A stretch of DNA of 64,000 bases from positions 17,998,365-18,062,364 of the forward strand of contig JAUZTB010000079.1 in the NCBI GenBank assembly GCA_034780895.1, written 5' to 3'. This stretch comes from Rhynchobatus australiae (Eukaryota). The notes under the pieces were generated by a model. It was not told the DNA's origin, ran no database searches, and saw only the letters and a program-made list of their open reading frames with translations. Below, one piece after another: positions 24,401-34,650 of the stretch. Numbering within the stretch: the first letter of the stretch is position 1; every line of letters starts with the position of its first letter. The position numbers and the translations under genes are program-made.

Positions 24401-24803
24401 CACTCAATTATCATTTCTCATTATTCATTGGGTTCCCAAGTATCTAAATTTGTTAAACCACTGGTACCACTCAGCATCTCTCAAATATCGATACAACCCA
24501 AGATTGATAAAGAGATATGATTGCATTGCTGAATGAAATTAGATGGAACATTGCTACACCCTCACCAATTTGTGTAGCTGCATTGAAGTCCATGCACTTA
24601 CCTGGGACATAGACTCTTAGAATAAACTAATTCACAGGTCATTAGAAACAACAAACAGAAGTGATTCAAATTTGGTCCATGCCATACAGTGGTCCATGCC
24701 ATACCTGGGGAGCCTGCTGCAGTTTGTTGTGATGGTGAGCATGCTGATTCAATGATCGTTTCACTACCCCTTGATGCCGAAAATGATAGTAATCATCAAA
24801 AAT
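368..24803 (-). CDS. FURIN: Furin (PCSK3), partial multi-exon CDS: join of exons 3-12 (complement 24705-24803, 15962-16057, 13486-13614, 12561-12637, 10067-10155, 7524-7696, 7123-7335, 5260-5360, 1780-1883, 368-485)
   Basis: Ten exons with GT-AG boundaries and compatible phases join into one open frame of 1199 nt, equivalent to about residues 60-459 of human furin. Motifs: KRRTKR|[45 protein letters not shown]. The RTKR|D site and the EVTDAVEA and [10 protein letters not shown] segments favour furin over PCSK4/5/6. Confidence 0.95.
955..1335 (+). mobile_element. CR1 LINE 3' ORF2 fragment, decayed
   Basis: CR1-type C-terminal sequence (cagttatgaggagagactgaatagcctggg...tttaaggtaaga...ctgaggaaaa), similar to the copy at 30200-30780. 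Boundaries approximate. Confidence 0.7.
1045..1131 (+). repeat. G-rich minisatellite (TGGGGAAGGCTGATGGGGG)x4 followed by a G run
   Basis: Four exact 19-bp units start at 1045, 1064, 1083 and 1102. They explain the Pro/His-rich minus-strand ORFs 925-1503 and 998-1252. Confidence 0.95.
1780..1883 (-). CDS. FURIN: Furin exon 11 (absent from the ORF track)
   Basis: Acceptor cccttccaag|T and donor AAAG|gtaaca; 104 nt; (N)[34 protein letters not shown]. Confidence 0.95.
3445..5135 (+). mobile_element. CR1 LINE, 5'-truncated, decayed reverse transcriptase
   Basis: [12 protein letters not shown] at about 4142-4177, KFADN (KFADD-like) at about 4334, followed by the CR1 C-terminal region and 3' UTR. 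Many frameshifts. Confidence 0.85.
5260..5360 (-). CDS. FURIN: Furin exon 10 (catalytic Ser)
   Basis: Acceptor ttttgctcag|GTT and donor AA|gtaagc; 101 nt; [33 protein letters not shown](N). Confidence 0.96.
7123..7335 (-). CDS. FURIN: Furin exon 9 (oxyanion-hole Asn)
   Basis: Acceptor ttcacag|GGA and donor ATT|gtaagt; 213 nt; [71 protein letters not shown]. Confidence 0.96.
7524..7696 (-). CDS. FURIN: Furin exon 8 (acidic substrate-binding pockets)
   Basis: Acceptor ttctgtag|GT and donor CAG|gtaaag; 173 nt; (G)[57 protein letters not shown]. Confidence 0.96.
9490..9775 (+). mobile_element. 3' end of a non-LTR retroelement family ending in ...aggGATGGGCAATAAATGCTG
   Basis: Homologous to 17755-18000, 23925-24125 and 48800-49140 on +, and about 36500-36670 on -. 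Clade not determined. Confidence 0.6.
10067..10155 (-). CDS. FURIN: Furin exon 7 (catalytic His)
   Basis: Acceptor tctcacag|A and donor GAG|gtacgt; 89 nt; (R)[29 protein letters not shown](G). Confidence 0.96.
10315..11735 (-). mobile_element. CR1 LINE fragment (RT through 3' UTR), sense to furin
   Basis: Reverse complement of [11 protein letters not shown]-like sequence near 11655-11690, CR1 C-terminal region and tail. Interrupted by a nested insert at 10833-11003. Confidence 0.8.
10833..11003 (+). mobile_element. Penelope-like element terminal fragment nested in CR1
   Basis: Flanked by direct repeat ATCCTGG (10826-10832 and 11004-11010). Contains CTGATGAAGGGG...CCCAAAC and tgcctgacccgctgagttcctccag, shared with many copies in the window. 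Confidence 0.7.
12561..12637 (-). CDS. FURIN: Furin exon 6 (absent from the ORF track)
   Basis: Acceptor gttctag|GAT and donor CG|gtgagt; 77 nt; [25 protein letters not shown](R). Confidence 0.95.
13486..13614 (-). CDS. FURIN: Furin exon 5 (catalytic Asp)
   Basis: Acceptor ttttaattag|CAT and donor TAT|gtaagt; 129 nt; [43 protein letters not shown]. Confidence 0.95.
13804..14231. mobile_element. Possible decayed Tigger/pogo-like MITE
   Basis: Left end ta|CAGTAAAACACCAATCATCTGGCA versus the reverse complement of the right end, CAGTGAAATCTAGATAATGCGGCA (15/24 identical). The right-hand TA is not intact. Confidence 0.4.
15559..15893. repeat. Direct repeat copy A (intron 4) of a pair flanking furin exon 4
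   Basis: Collinear shared blocks with 16867-17173: agaatatcttcactgctc, caagtcagcagaaga, tttctcaacaattctgtacaa, atttgagcatg, ttgctgtcctccttcct. Confidence 0.9.
15962..16057 (-). CDS. FURIN: Furin exon 4 (primary autocleavage site RTKR)
   Basis: Acceptor gtaaacag|GTC and donor CTG|gtaagc; 96 nt; [32 protein letters not shown]. Confidence 0.95.
16867..17173. repeat. Direct repeat copy B (intron 3) of a pair flanking furin exon 4
   Basis: Same blocks as copy A, offset by about 1.3 kb, with a short internal deletion relative to A. Confidence 0.9.
17230..17630. mobile_element. Penelope-like terminal fragments around a 10-N gap
   Basis: aaatgctgaaaata...cagcagctgtggaaag...gttaatgtttcagg resembles the PLE family at 57620 and 63895. 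Confidence 0.5.
17755..18000 (+). mobile_element. Non-LTR retroelement 3' end (same family as 9490-9775)
   Basis: caccatcttgactgggaa...ggactgcagcagttcaag...ttctcaagggcaactagggatgggcaattaaatgctg. Confidence 0.7.
22545..23265. mobile_element. Penelope-like element remnants with GIY-YIG endonuclease fragments in both orientations
   Basis: On +, about 22780-23070: CGLLYI... and [12 protein letters not shown]. On -, about 23080-23200: [15 protein letters not shown]. Terminal-repeat pieces at 22545-22700. Confidence 0.65.
23925..24125 (+). mobile_element. Non-LTR retroelement 3' end (same family as 17755-18000)
   Basis: ccaagtcacacaccatcctgacttggaaat...ctgcagctgttcaaggtggctcagcaccacctt...ggcaatta. 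Confidence 0.65.
24673..24704 (-). repeat. 15-bp tandem duplication of the exon 3 splice donor
   Basis: Minus strand reads CAG|GTATGGCATGGACCA-CT-GTATGGCATGGACCA. Confidence 0.9.
24705..24803 (-). CDS. FURIN: Furin exon 3 (propeptide, internal cleavage site)
   Basis: Acceptor ttttgcag|ATT and donor CAG|gtatgg; 99 nt; [33 protein letters not shown]. Confidence 0.93.
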
Positions 24804-27800
24804 CTGCAAAACAAACACAGAAGGCTCAAACACCAAACCAAAATATTGAAAAAAAATCACACTCTTGTTGTCAAAGTAACCACCTGTGGCTTTGATGTCA
24901 CAGAGAATTAAGACAAATCTGTGTTCTTGGCTGATCCCAGTCAATATAACAATGCCATGAGAGAATATTAGCCAACAAAAACAATTGCTAGTTCCTGTAT
25001 GGCTATATTTGACAAAAGATTCATTAACTATTTCCAAATCAAATAAATTGGAAGCCATAGCAGAAAAACGCAACAAGGTACTTTGGTGGCATTGACACGA
25101 TTCACTTTTCTGTCCTTCCTGGTTTGGTTAGGATTGAACACATACAGATTGCCTTGCTCCAGTGACCCTTCTATGTTATAGCAAGGATCGGCATGCTATT
25201 TGACTACAAAGGAAATCGCAACCAACCATCGATTTTCATTTAGGTCCACGTCCAATACACACTTAGATTTTTACCTTCCATTGGTTAAAAACAATAAGCA
25301 AAAAATCCTCAAACTGTCCAACCATGTTGCAGGATTAATAACTGGAATGTCTACACTCATATGTGAGAAGACTACAGGCAACATGTAGTGTCAGGATTTC
25401 ACCAACTTAGCCGATAGCCAAGCAAATCAAGACTTTTCCCAGTGATATTGACCCACATGAACAAACACACATGGTACATATGCCAGCTTGATTCAGCTTG
25501 TAAGAAAAATGAGGGATCTGGGAACCAGAAGTGGTCATCAATAAAACTGAATTATTCCTTTAGTTTGGGGTTCTCCCTGCTTCCTAACCCTCCCCAAGTG
25601 CACAATGGACTAAAGCAACTCCCTCTACCAACTAACACTGGTTTACCTTGATCTACATGCTTCTCCTAAAAGGAAAACACTTGTTTATGGCTGTAGATTA
25701 TTGAAAATGATATTAAATACAACACCATACAAATGCCTGCAAAAGACTGATGACTCATCTTTAAAATGACAGCAAGGTTTCTCAGCTGACCGGAGATGCA
25801 ATCTCTAAAAAACATAAGCACTATTTATGCTCAACAGTAAACTTTCAGCAAAACTTAAGTATGGATAAAGTAGAACAAACAAAATACTGGCAATATAAAA
25901 TAACTGGACAGTATATTCACCACTCATTGACAACACTCCAAGTATCATAAGCCATACATTTCTTGTGTAATATTCTTACAATTTACAGGAAAACAATTTG
26001 GAACAGAACAAATGTGACCTTGTCTGAATTGATGCCTCTTTTTAAGCAAGTTAGGCCAGTTCATGGTAAAAATGACTTCAACTGAAAATTGAAAGGAATT
26101 TAATCAGATCACTTGTAATTAAGTTTAGTGTCAAAAAATGGACAACTGAACTTGTGGCATAAGGGATTAGGGATTTAAATATATGATATGAAACAGACAA
26201 TCAAAAGGTACCCTGAACACAGGGAGCCATGCCTATCTTTTTTTCTCCATAATCAGGAAACAAATTCCACATGGTGAGAAAAGACAATATTTTGGATCAG
26301 TTCATCCACAGTTTTTAAACTCTACTTTTCAGTTTCTGTTTCCTATAGGATCAAATTGTTTGCACCAAGCGTTCAATCCTAAATATGTCTCATTGGAACA
26401 TCCCAAATATATTTTGGGAATATCCTGTGCATTCCCTTCATTTTGCTTGCACCTCCCATTCCGGGGCAGAAAGCCCGAATTTGCACATCATTCTTAATAA
26501 CTCTGATTTGACAGTGGGGATTAGAGTTGTAGCGCTTTACCACAGTCTTCAATGTTTCAATAAACATCTCTAACTCTCTTGAACAAAACAGTAATTAAGG
26601 TGTTGGACTAGAGCACAAAGCTACGAGTCTACAGAGGAGCAAAGTTTTCCACTGAACATTGACAAAATTTGATGAGCCTGAATATTATGCGAAAGAATTT
26701 ATGGAGATGGACCAAGTAATCAAAGGGGCATATAATCAAAAATGAGATTAGCCTGGACAAAACAGTTTATGTCGCTGGAACTCAATGTTCCAGAAGGAGG
26801 AACCTTCACCTTCAAGCATTTCCATGAGCTAAACCTGACTTGCCACAGGGTGCAAATGTTTTGGCTGAACAGGAGACTTTATATTGAACTTGCACAGAAG
26901 TAGAGCAAAGATATCTGTGACCAAAGGTCATAGCTTCAATCAAATTGCAAATTACATGCAAGTTTCTTAGTGATGACTATTTTTATGAAATTATTTAATA
27001 AGTAGAATTTATGTACAGCTTTAACTTCTACTCATTGTAGACTTAAAACGGCTTACCACTTTACTCTCAAACTGTGCCTTCAGGTCCAAGTCTCCTCAGT
27101 CAGATAAACAATGTTCCATGCATGCATCTTGTCAAGCCTTTCAAGAATTTAGTAAATTTAGCCATAACATAGAAGGCTGCGTGCCATGTGTTGGGAAATG
27201 GGATTGGTGTAGATATGAATTTGATGGCTCACATAAACAGTGCCAGTGAAAGGGTCTGTTGCCGTGGGTATGATGCTAATATACCAGGACACCATGTCAC
27301 AGGAGTGTTATTAAGACCACAATAAAAGGACAATGTGAGGTTAGGATTGATTATGAAAACTGAGATGAAGACTCAAGGTTTTCACGAGGATATTAATGGC
27401 AAAAAAGCGAGCAGGAAAGAAATCTATTAATGGGGATAAAACAGCTGAATGCTTTCCCCAAACTTTGGATTGATTCAAATCAGGAGTGTGCAAGAGGCAA
27501 GAATTGGAGCATAAAGGTCAGAGGGAAAGAGCTGAAAAATTCAAGGCTTGGGAAAGGAAACACTATACAAGGATTGAAAACATGCAAGAAATTTTTTAAA
27601 AAAGCATTGTCAATGCAAGAATCCTTTGGATGGGTATGAAATTGATCAACGGGCCCCAAGGCAATTGTCTATGAGCAACAAACCTCAGGGGCAGTCAACA
27701 TTGCTGGAAGCCCTCATTTAGATGGCTGCCTCACGATCCTCTCCTTCTATGCCTTCAATACATTCAGCAGTTTGAAGAAACATTTCCACTGATTTTGTTC

Positions 27801-28559
27801 AGTTCAACAGTCTAACCATATAAATTTATATCTCCAAAAAAATTCCAATTTTTGAGTCAAACTCAGTTCAGTAAGTTCAACATGGTTTGGTTAATTTTAC
27901 AATACACATGGGCTAATAGTTTCAGGTCCTAAAACATGATTTGAAGTTATGAGTAAATCCAAGCATTTACAGCACATGTTTAAAAAAGGGAACAGACAGC
28001 TGGTTGGCTCAAGTGGTGAAATGCTATAGTTTTTAAACATGTGGAAGGACCTCAGGGACACTTCAGGTGCCAACAATTCTAACCACTGGTGAGAAATAAT
28101 GAATTTTTAGAAAATGGTTTGGAAATCTGCAAGGTATTTTTTCACTCCGTGGTTTTAAATTGCAGTGAACGCTGCAGTTTAAATGCCCTAAATTTGAATG
28201 AACCAAATCTGAATTTGGTTAATAAATTGGGACTGTCAATAGAAAGAGAACTTCACATATGCAGTAGCTGAGGTGTCCAGAACCTGCAAACTGTGATGGA
28301 ATACATAAAGCATACTTTGGTAAAGATAGACTACCAACCGTTAACTCTGTGTGATATGGAAGTATCCATTGTCCCAAGGATTTGCTGCCTTTATTCACAA
28401 CCTGAACTAATTTTAAATGTTATTTTACGATAACTTTTTCTCAAGTTTATCTTCAAATGATCTCACTAACAGACTACATTTACTCAGCCTCATTCACCAG
28501 TGAATTAAACAAAATATCTATGAATAAAGAATGGGCATGGCATAACTCAATTGAATTGG

Positions 28560-28895
28560 TTCAAAGTTTCAAGCCAGGACCAGACTATCTATACTGGTAA
28601 TTCAGTACAATACCAAGGAAAATTGCTTTGGTAGTGGAGCCATCATTAAAATGAAACACAATGTCAGAATTAAACTTTTCAAAGGAAAGCTGGGAAATTC
28701 TGCCTGTGTTCCATCAAAAATTAATCCTGCAATCAGTAATCCCAAAAGAGAAGCATAATTTGGCTGATTTGCTATTTGTGTGATTTATGGACAAATTAGT
28801 TTTTGCCTGACCAAGAATACAAACTACAGTTTAAAAAATATTGCCTGTGAAATTTTTTGGGAATTTGATAGACGCAGTATGAATGCAGACTCTTG
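28560..28895 (+). mobile_element. Highly decayed Deu-domain SINE (SacSINE1/AmnSINE1-like)
   Basis: ttgctatttgtgtgattt...caaattag...actacagtttaaaaaat...tatgaatgcagactctt resembles the tail at 58250-58462. Confidence 0.4.
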
Positions 28896-30199
28896 TAATT
28901 TATAAGTATTTGCATTAATTAGTTTCTTAAACCCACCCTTCCGATTCTGGATGACATAGCAAGGGAAAAACAGTCCCTCAGTGCATCACACCATAGGTTT
29001 AGTGTTACACAAGTAAACAACGTCAGGGCTCAGAATCTGCCAAATGCAATATTTACAAGAATGCTTCCTGATCTACCCTTAATGCTTAAACCATTAAGCT
29101 GACATAAAATAGTTTAACAAGATGAGACAGAAAAATGCCATGTCTCATTTAATTACTATCATAACATTGCAAAACTGCACCTGTCCATTAAGTACATGAA
29201 TCATTTGTCTGGAACCCATGGCCACAGTTCAGGCTTCTGCTTCAGATCTACACTGGTGCAATCAACATGTTTGTATTGATGGCTGTCAACAGGCCACAAA
29301 TTTCAAAAGATATTCCAAACAAAATCACTAATGGTAAAGTATGGAGAGTTTATGGACTCTGAAAAATGCAACGTCAGAAACATACAGTCAATATGAATTC
29401 TGCTTTGGCTGTGAATCGAAATTAAATTGGTCATTTTTCAGATATCAAACCAATGACGGATTATAGAAGGCTTCAAGTCTTGTATCTGATAATTTTAATA
29501 AGGACCTTTTGATTACACCAAATGCAGTACAAGGATGATTTACGGTAAGGAAACAAATCGGATGTTAAGGACGTTACTGTTTTCTGCAGAAGTAAATGCA
29601 AGGGCAAAAGTCATCAACAATATTGATCTCGAGTTCAACAGAAATGTGTTTGAAGTAACTACAAACATCAATATCATAAATATTACAAAATAACTGAATG
29701 AAACTCATACAACAAGGCATCCATAGAAGGGATTGTATATTACAAGCAAAATGCATTGTTCAAAGGCATTTCAGATGTGGGGTCTGCATTCTTTTCCCCC
29801 CTGAAATTGAACTTAATAGCAAAATACAGAAAGTGGAAGTTTTAAGAGCCTCTGTATCTAGTTTGGGATAAGGGAGAATGTGAGGGACCATTTAAGGCAC
29901 TGTTGGCTGTGACATAATCTTCTATAGTTCTCGTCAGACCATCTTTGGCATCTTTTAAAAAAATGGAAAATGCAGGTTCAACTTCATATCGCATCTAAAA
30001 CTCACATGATAAAACACTTCCTCAGAGTTCTCAAGTTTAACTGTGAGCGGGCTTGCACCTACAACATCCTGGCTCAGATGGCCACCACTTTTGTAAACCT
30101 GATACAAGATAGCTGGAAGATTTCTCCAGTCACCAAGTAACACAAGATGCAATAAAGCGTGGTCTTTGCCCATCAGGATCACACTCCTCCAACTGCTCA

Positions 30200-30782
30200 C
30201 TTTGCCCAAGAACATACAACTGTGCATTAGTGTGGCCACACTTGGGAGTATTTTGTGCAATTCTGGTTGCTGAGCAATGTGAAGTATGGCAATAAGCGGG
30301 AAACGGTGCAGAAAAGATTCACAAGGATGTTACTGGGACAGGAGGGCTTATAAAGAGAGACTGGATAACTTGGGTTTTTCTTGGAGTATAGGAGGCTGGG
30401 GGGGGGGGGGTGGTGGAATTACCTTATGGAAGTATGTAAAATCATGAGGGGCATAGATAGGGTGAATGGTTACAGTCTTTTTCCCAGCATAGAGGAGTCT
30501 AAAGCTAGAGGGCATAAATTTAAGGTGAGAGACGAAAAATTTAAAGGGGACATGAAGGGCAAATTTTCTACACAGAGGACAGCAGGTATGTGGAGTGAGC
30601 TGCCAGAGGAAGTGGTAGAGATGGAAACAATTGCAACATTTAAAAGGAATTTACATGGCTCAGGTATAGGAAAGGTTTAGAGAGAGATGCGGCAAATGGG
30701 ACTAGCTTAGGTAGGCAACTTGGTCAGCATGGACGAGTTGGGCCAAAGGGCCTGTTCCTGTGTTGTATGACTATAACTCCAT
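30200..30782 (+). mobile_element. CR1 LINE 3' end with 3' UTR
   Basis: ORF 30381-30680 (CKIMRGIDRVNGYSLFP...ARGHKFKVRDEKFKGDMKGKFSTQR...WSELPEEVVE) is a CR1 ORF2 C-terminus. Tail: atggacgagttgggccaaagggcctgttcctgtgttgtatgactataactc. Confidence 0.9.
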
Positions 30783-31559
30783 TGCACTAGCTGGTGAGGG
30801 AAAGATTCATCCACAGCAATTAACAATGGCCACAACTGCCAATGGAATTCTACAAGCTATATGGGAGTTTCCTACAACCCATCAGATCAACAGAGAAGCT
30901 CAGTTAATTTGTTGTTCTAAATCTAATTCTGAACTGTACATTCATCTCCAAATTCTCCCCATAACTCCCTCAAATCATTTCTCCTTTCGATCTCCCATTT
31001 TCATGTCGACTTGTAAAACTCAAGTTGCCATTACATAACTACAATAGTTTGAATTTCTTCCTTCCCAATTGTTTCAGTCTTCAGCTTTTCTGTACTGTGG
31101 ACCTCTGCCTTCTCTCAATTTTGTTGAAAAAAATACTGCCCTAGAAGAACGAGGTTAAGTAACAACTTGGCTCAACTCTTCGCTGCCTTCACTATCTTTT
31201 CTGTTCATGAAGTAAATGTGCAATCAAGGGTTGTACCATAACGTTTAACATTCAATCCATGTGTTCCACCACTTCTGACCCATTGTCCAAATCCAGAGAA
31301 CTTTCACCTCCCTTAAAAACTACTCGTCTCTTAAACCACGAACTTGACATCTTTTTAAACAATGTTTCAGCTTAACACTCATTCATTCCACGAGGTGGCA
31401 GTGTATTTTCCTCTGAATTTTAAGTGAGAAGCAAGGACATGAATGATTTTTTTTTGTCTTAATTCTGTTTCTAGTGGATCGAGAACCATGTGCCCTTACC
31501 CTGGCCTCCACAACTGGAGCAGCCACATCAGTTTGGAAAACAACTCTGAGATGTCCTGA

Positions 31560-31800
31560 CATTGAAAACACGTGAACAGGAACAGACACAGCCACACAAT
31601 CCTTCATGCCTGCTCTGCCATTCACTACCTACACCTACTTTCCCATAAGATTACCATTTCCCTCAATTCCAAAACTCTTCAGCACTACCTTGAATATATT
31701 CAGTAACTGAAATTCCACAGCCCTCTTGGGGAAGAGAATTCTACACATTCACAACTGATTGAGGAAATTTCTCCCATTGTTTTCCTTAATGACCAGCCTG
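31560..31800 (-). mobile_element. CR1 3' fragment
   Basis: tccacagccctcttggggaagagaattctacacattcacaac...gaggaaatttctcc is the reverse complement of the CR1 FFxxRVVxxWNxLP region. Confidence 0.6.
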
Positions 31801-34289
31801 AGCCTCTTTATACAAAAAGGTGCTATTGTTAAAGTAATACTTTGGTGCCACTGAAGTGGAATATTAAAGCAACACTAAATCCTGTAAACTTATCTCAACA
31901 GATTAACACACAAACACATGCAAACAAAAACAGTCAAGGTCCAAACCCTATTGCACAATGAGCTTTCTCATCTCAAGCAGGATGGTGCACAGTTGCTGCA
32001 ATTCGCCTCTGGGAAGAATGTCATAAAAGACTCCTGCTCATGATCCCACCGACCATAAAAGGAAATGTCTATGTCAAGCAAGATCTGCACGTCTGCACAT
32101 CAGGCTCAGCTATGATTCTGTGTCAAACAGCATTCACAGAGCATTAATGCAGATGCTAATTACTTTGAAGTGCTCTACTACACCAAAAAATTTAACTTAT
32201 TCTCGGGATAATAAAACTGAAAAGGCAGCACTTGTGGAAAATTCTAAACAGACATCCCGAAGTCACATATGGTGACCTTAAGAGTATCACTGTTGACCTA
32301 GTGGAAGGTGGAGGAAGGAAACAAAAGACAAATGGAGCATTACCTGGACTCATTACTAATTATCAGCACAATTCAATATACTTTAATAGTGGCCTCAGTC
32401 ATATAAACGTCATTTCAGCATCATACTAAGGTTAAAAAGTGGGATCCTACAAGATCTCCTATATAGATATTTGGGCGGTAGATCTTTGTACAACATCTTC
32501 TCACTTTACTTTAGATACAAAATATAATTTCTTATATTTTATGTTGAAAACTCTCACTGGGGCTGGGAAGGTTAGAGTGAAGGGATGAACCCTGTTTCTG
32601 GATCTACACAAGCTGCAGCAGGGATAGATTTAATGCCTCGAATTCTTAGTTTTTTCTATTTTCCATGTTGCCTCAATGTTTTAATCAATGCATTCAACAA
32701 ACTGTAAAACACTGAGGCATGTTTTAAGATAGAAATTCTTTTATTGGTAGATGTGAAAGTGTAAGACCAACTACATTTCGAAATATCTCTGCATGAATTT
32801 GGAACAGTGTGCTGGAAAACTAATTCTGCTAATACTTGGACCAACTTGAAACTGTAACAGCATATCCCAATAAAACAATGTCTTTAAAAGCCTACCAAAC
32901 AGTGGATTGCAATTTACAGTCACACCTATACAATGTTAACAACCAGCTCAGTGCACTGTTGTACTCAGTCACATCCAGGTTAATGGTCATGTCAAAGTTA
33001 GTATAATATTAATAAAAGATCCTTCTTGATTGAAACAAGAATCATCTCAAAGTTGCACAAATTATAATGGTCAATTATTCTTCCTATTGATTTTAATTAG
33101 TGATCTGAGCAAGGGACACAAGAAAGCCCTGAGAATTGTTGAGAAACACACCCAGTTGCTGAAAATACATTTTTTATTTTATTGGAGTATTTCAGTAGTT
33201 CCAAAGATACACTCATTACCTTCCCTAATACTAACTGCTCACTTCACCCACACAAAGTTCCTTATTCCACCAATCCAATCACCTTTTGCAGTACATCTCT
33301 ACACCTGTACATTTAACAAGTGTGGTTTTGCTTCACCATTGTTCAGTTTTGTTCACTCTTAGGGTCTTTTACGTCATCCTTGTTGGTATCCAATGTGAAT
33401 TTTAATTTCAATTATTGGGGGAAAAAAACTCCTGCAGAGCACAACAGCCTACAGCACATGCAGAATTTACAAAACACAACACCACAATATTGGTTTACTT
33501 TCTTGGATCACAGACAACTATAGGGAGCAATTGTTAAAATGCACAAGTAAAATAAAGGGAGGGCTGTGGACTGTCACTATTAAAATGAAAAATTGCCGAA
33601 CTCAGACTTCTTTGGATAAACGTGCACAGCATTCCATATGTATTTTTTTGTCCACTGTATCTCACTGTTAAACAAGACACCATCTATGGCCATTATAAGG
33701 AATAAATAATTAAACAAATTCTACTCTTTTTTTAAAAAAAAGAAAATGTTTAAATGATTGTTGATACTGGAGGTGAAACTTCTGCAGTCACTGTTCTTAG
33801 CCTTTGGAATTGAATTGCTGCAGAGATGAACCTGGACTTGTGCAAGATAGAGAAGTGTTAATTTGCTGAATCAATTTTTTTGGGAGTGAAATGACCTCCC
33901 AAGCAGGATCCACCTCCAAGTTTTACCTCAGTCACCTAGCTTTACCTCAAAAGTCTGCAGAGCAACACACACTATTAAGTATGTATCTACAGTTATGTCA
34001 TTCTTAGCTTCAATAATGTATCATCAGACAATCATTCAATTGACCTCCACATTGTGAGCAAAGTTGAAGGAATTTGCAAGCTAAGAGATTAGTCACACTG
34101 TTAACTGTGGAAATTAAACTTCTTCCAACTCCTCACCTCTACACCTACTCATTTGGGAAAACAAAATCACCCAATAGAACTTAAGCGTCATCAAATTCAT
34201 GAAGTCATGCAAATGCACAACATTTGTGAGGTAGCTGTAGTTACTGCTTCAGGCATAGGTGCGCCCCAGTATCCTTGGAAGAGCCATCT

Positions 34290-34650
34290 GAACACTCCCC
34301 TCTCTCTCATCTGTTTCCACCATCACCCACTGCCATTCCTCTGCTTCCACCGAATGCCTCCCAGCCTGTTTCAGCCCTTCCTCACTTCTAATACACTAGC
34401 TATGTTCCAAAATATCAACCATTACTTTGCCTCCAAAGATATTGTTTGACCCACTGAGTTCTTCCAACAGTTTATTTTTTGCTCCAGATTCCAGCATCTG
34501 CAGTCTGTTTTATCTCCACACGTGTTCATCAGTTTGCATGAAAGAGTCTCACCCGAGATATTAACTAGACCTTCTCTTTATGGATGCTTACAGATCCAAT
34601 TTCTACTTTCAACAGGTTTAGCTTTCATTTCAAATATCCAGTGTTTACAC
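34290..34650 (+). mobile_element. Tandem Penelope-like terminal fragments
   Basis: tgacccactgagttcttccaacag...tgctccagattccagcatctgcagtc is the reverse complement of the start of the 57620 element. Confidence 0.6.

Noticed and set aside
368-24803. PCSK4, PCSK5 or PCSK6 identity; pseudogene status
   Set aside because: The exon translations follow furin most closely, and the frame, catalytic residues and splice sites are all intact.
26395-26425. Hairpin tcccaaa-tatat-tttggga
   Set aside because: A 7-bp stem is expected by chance in 64 kb.
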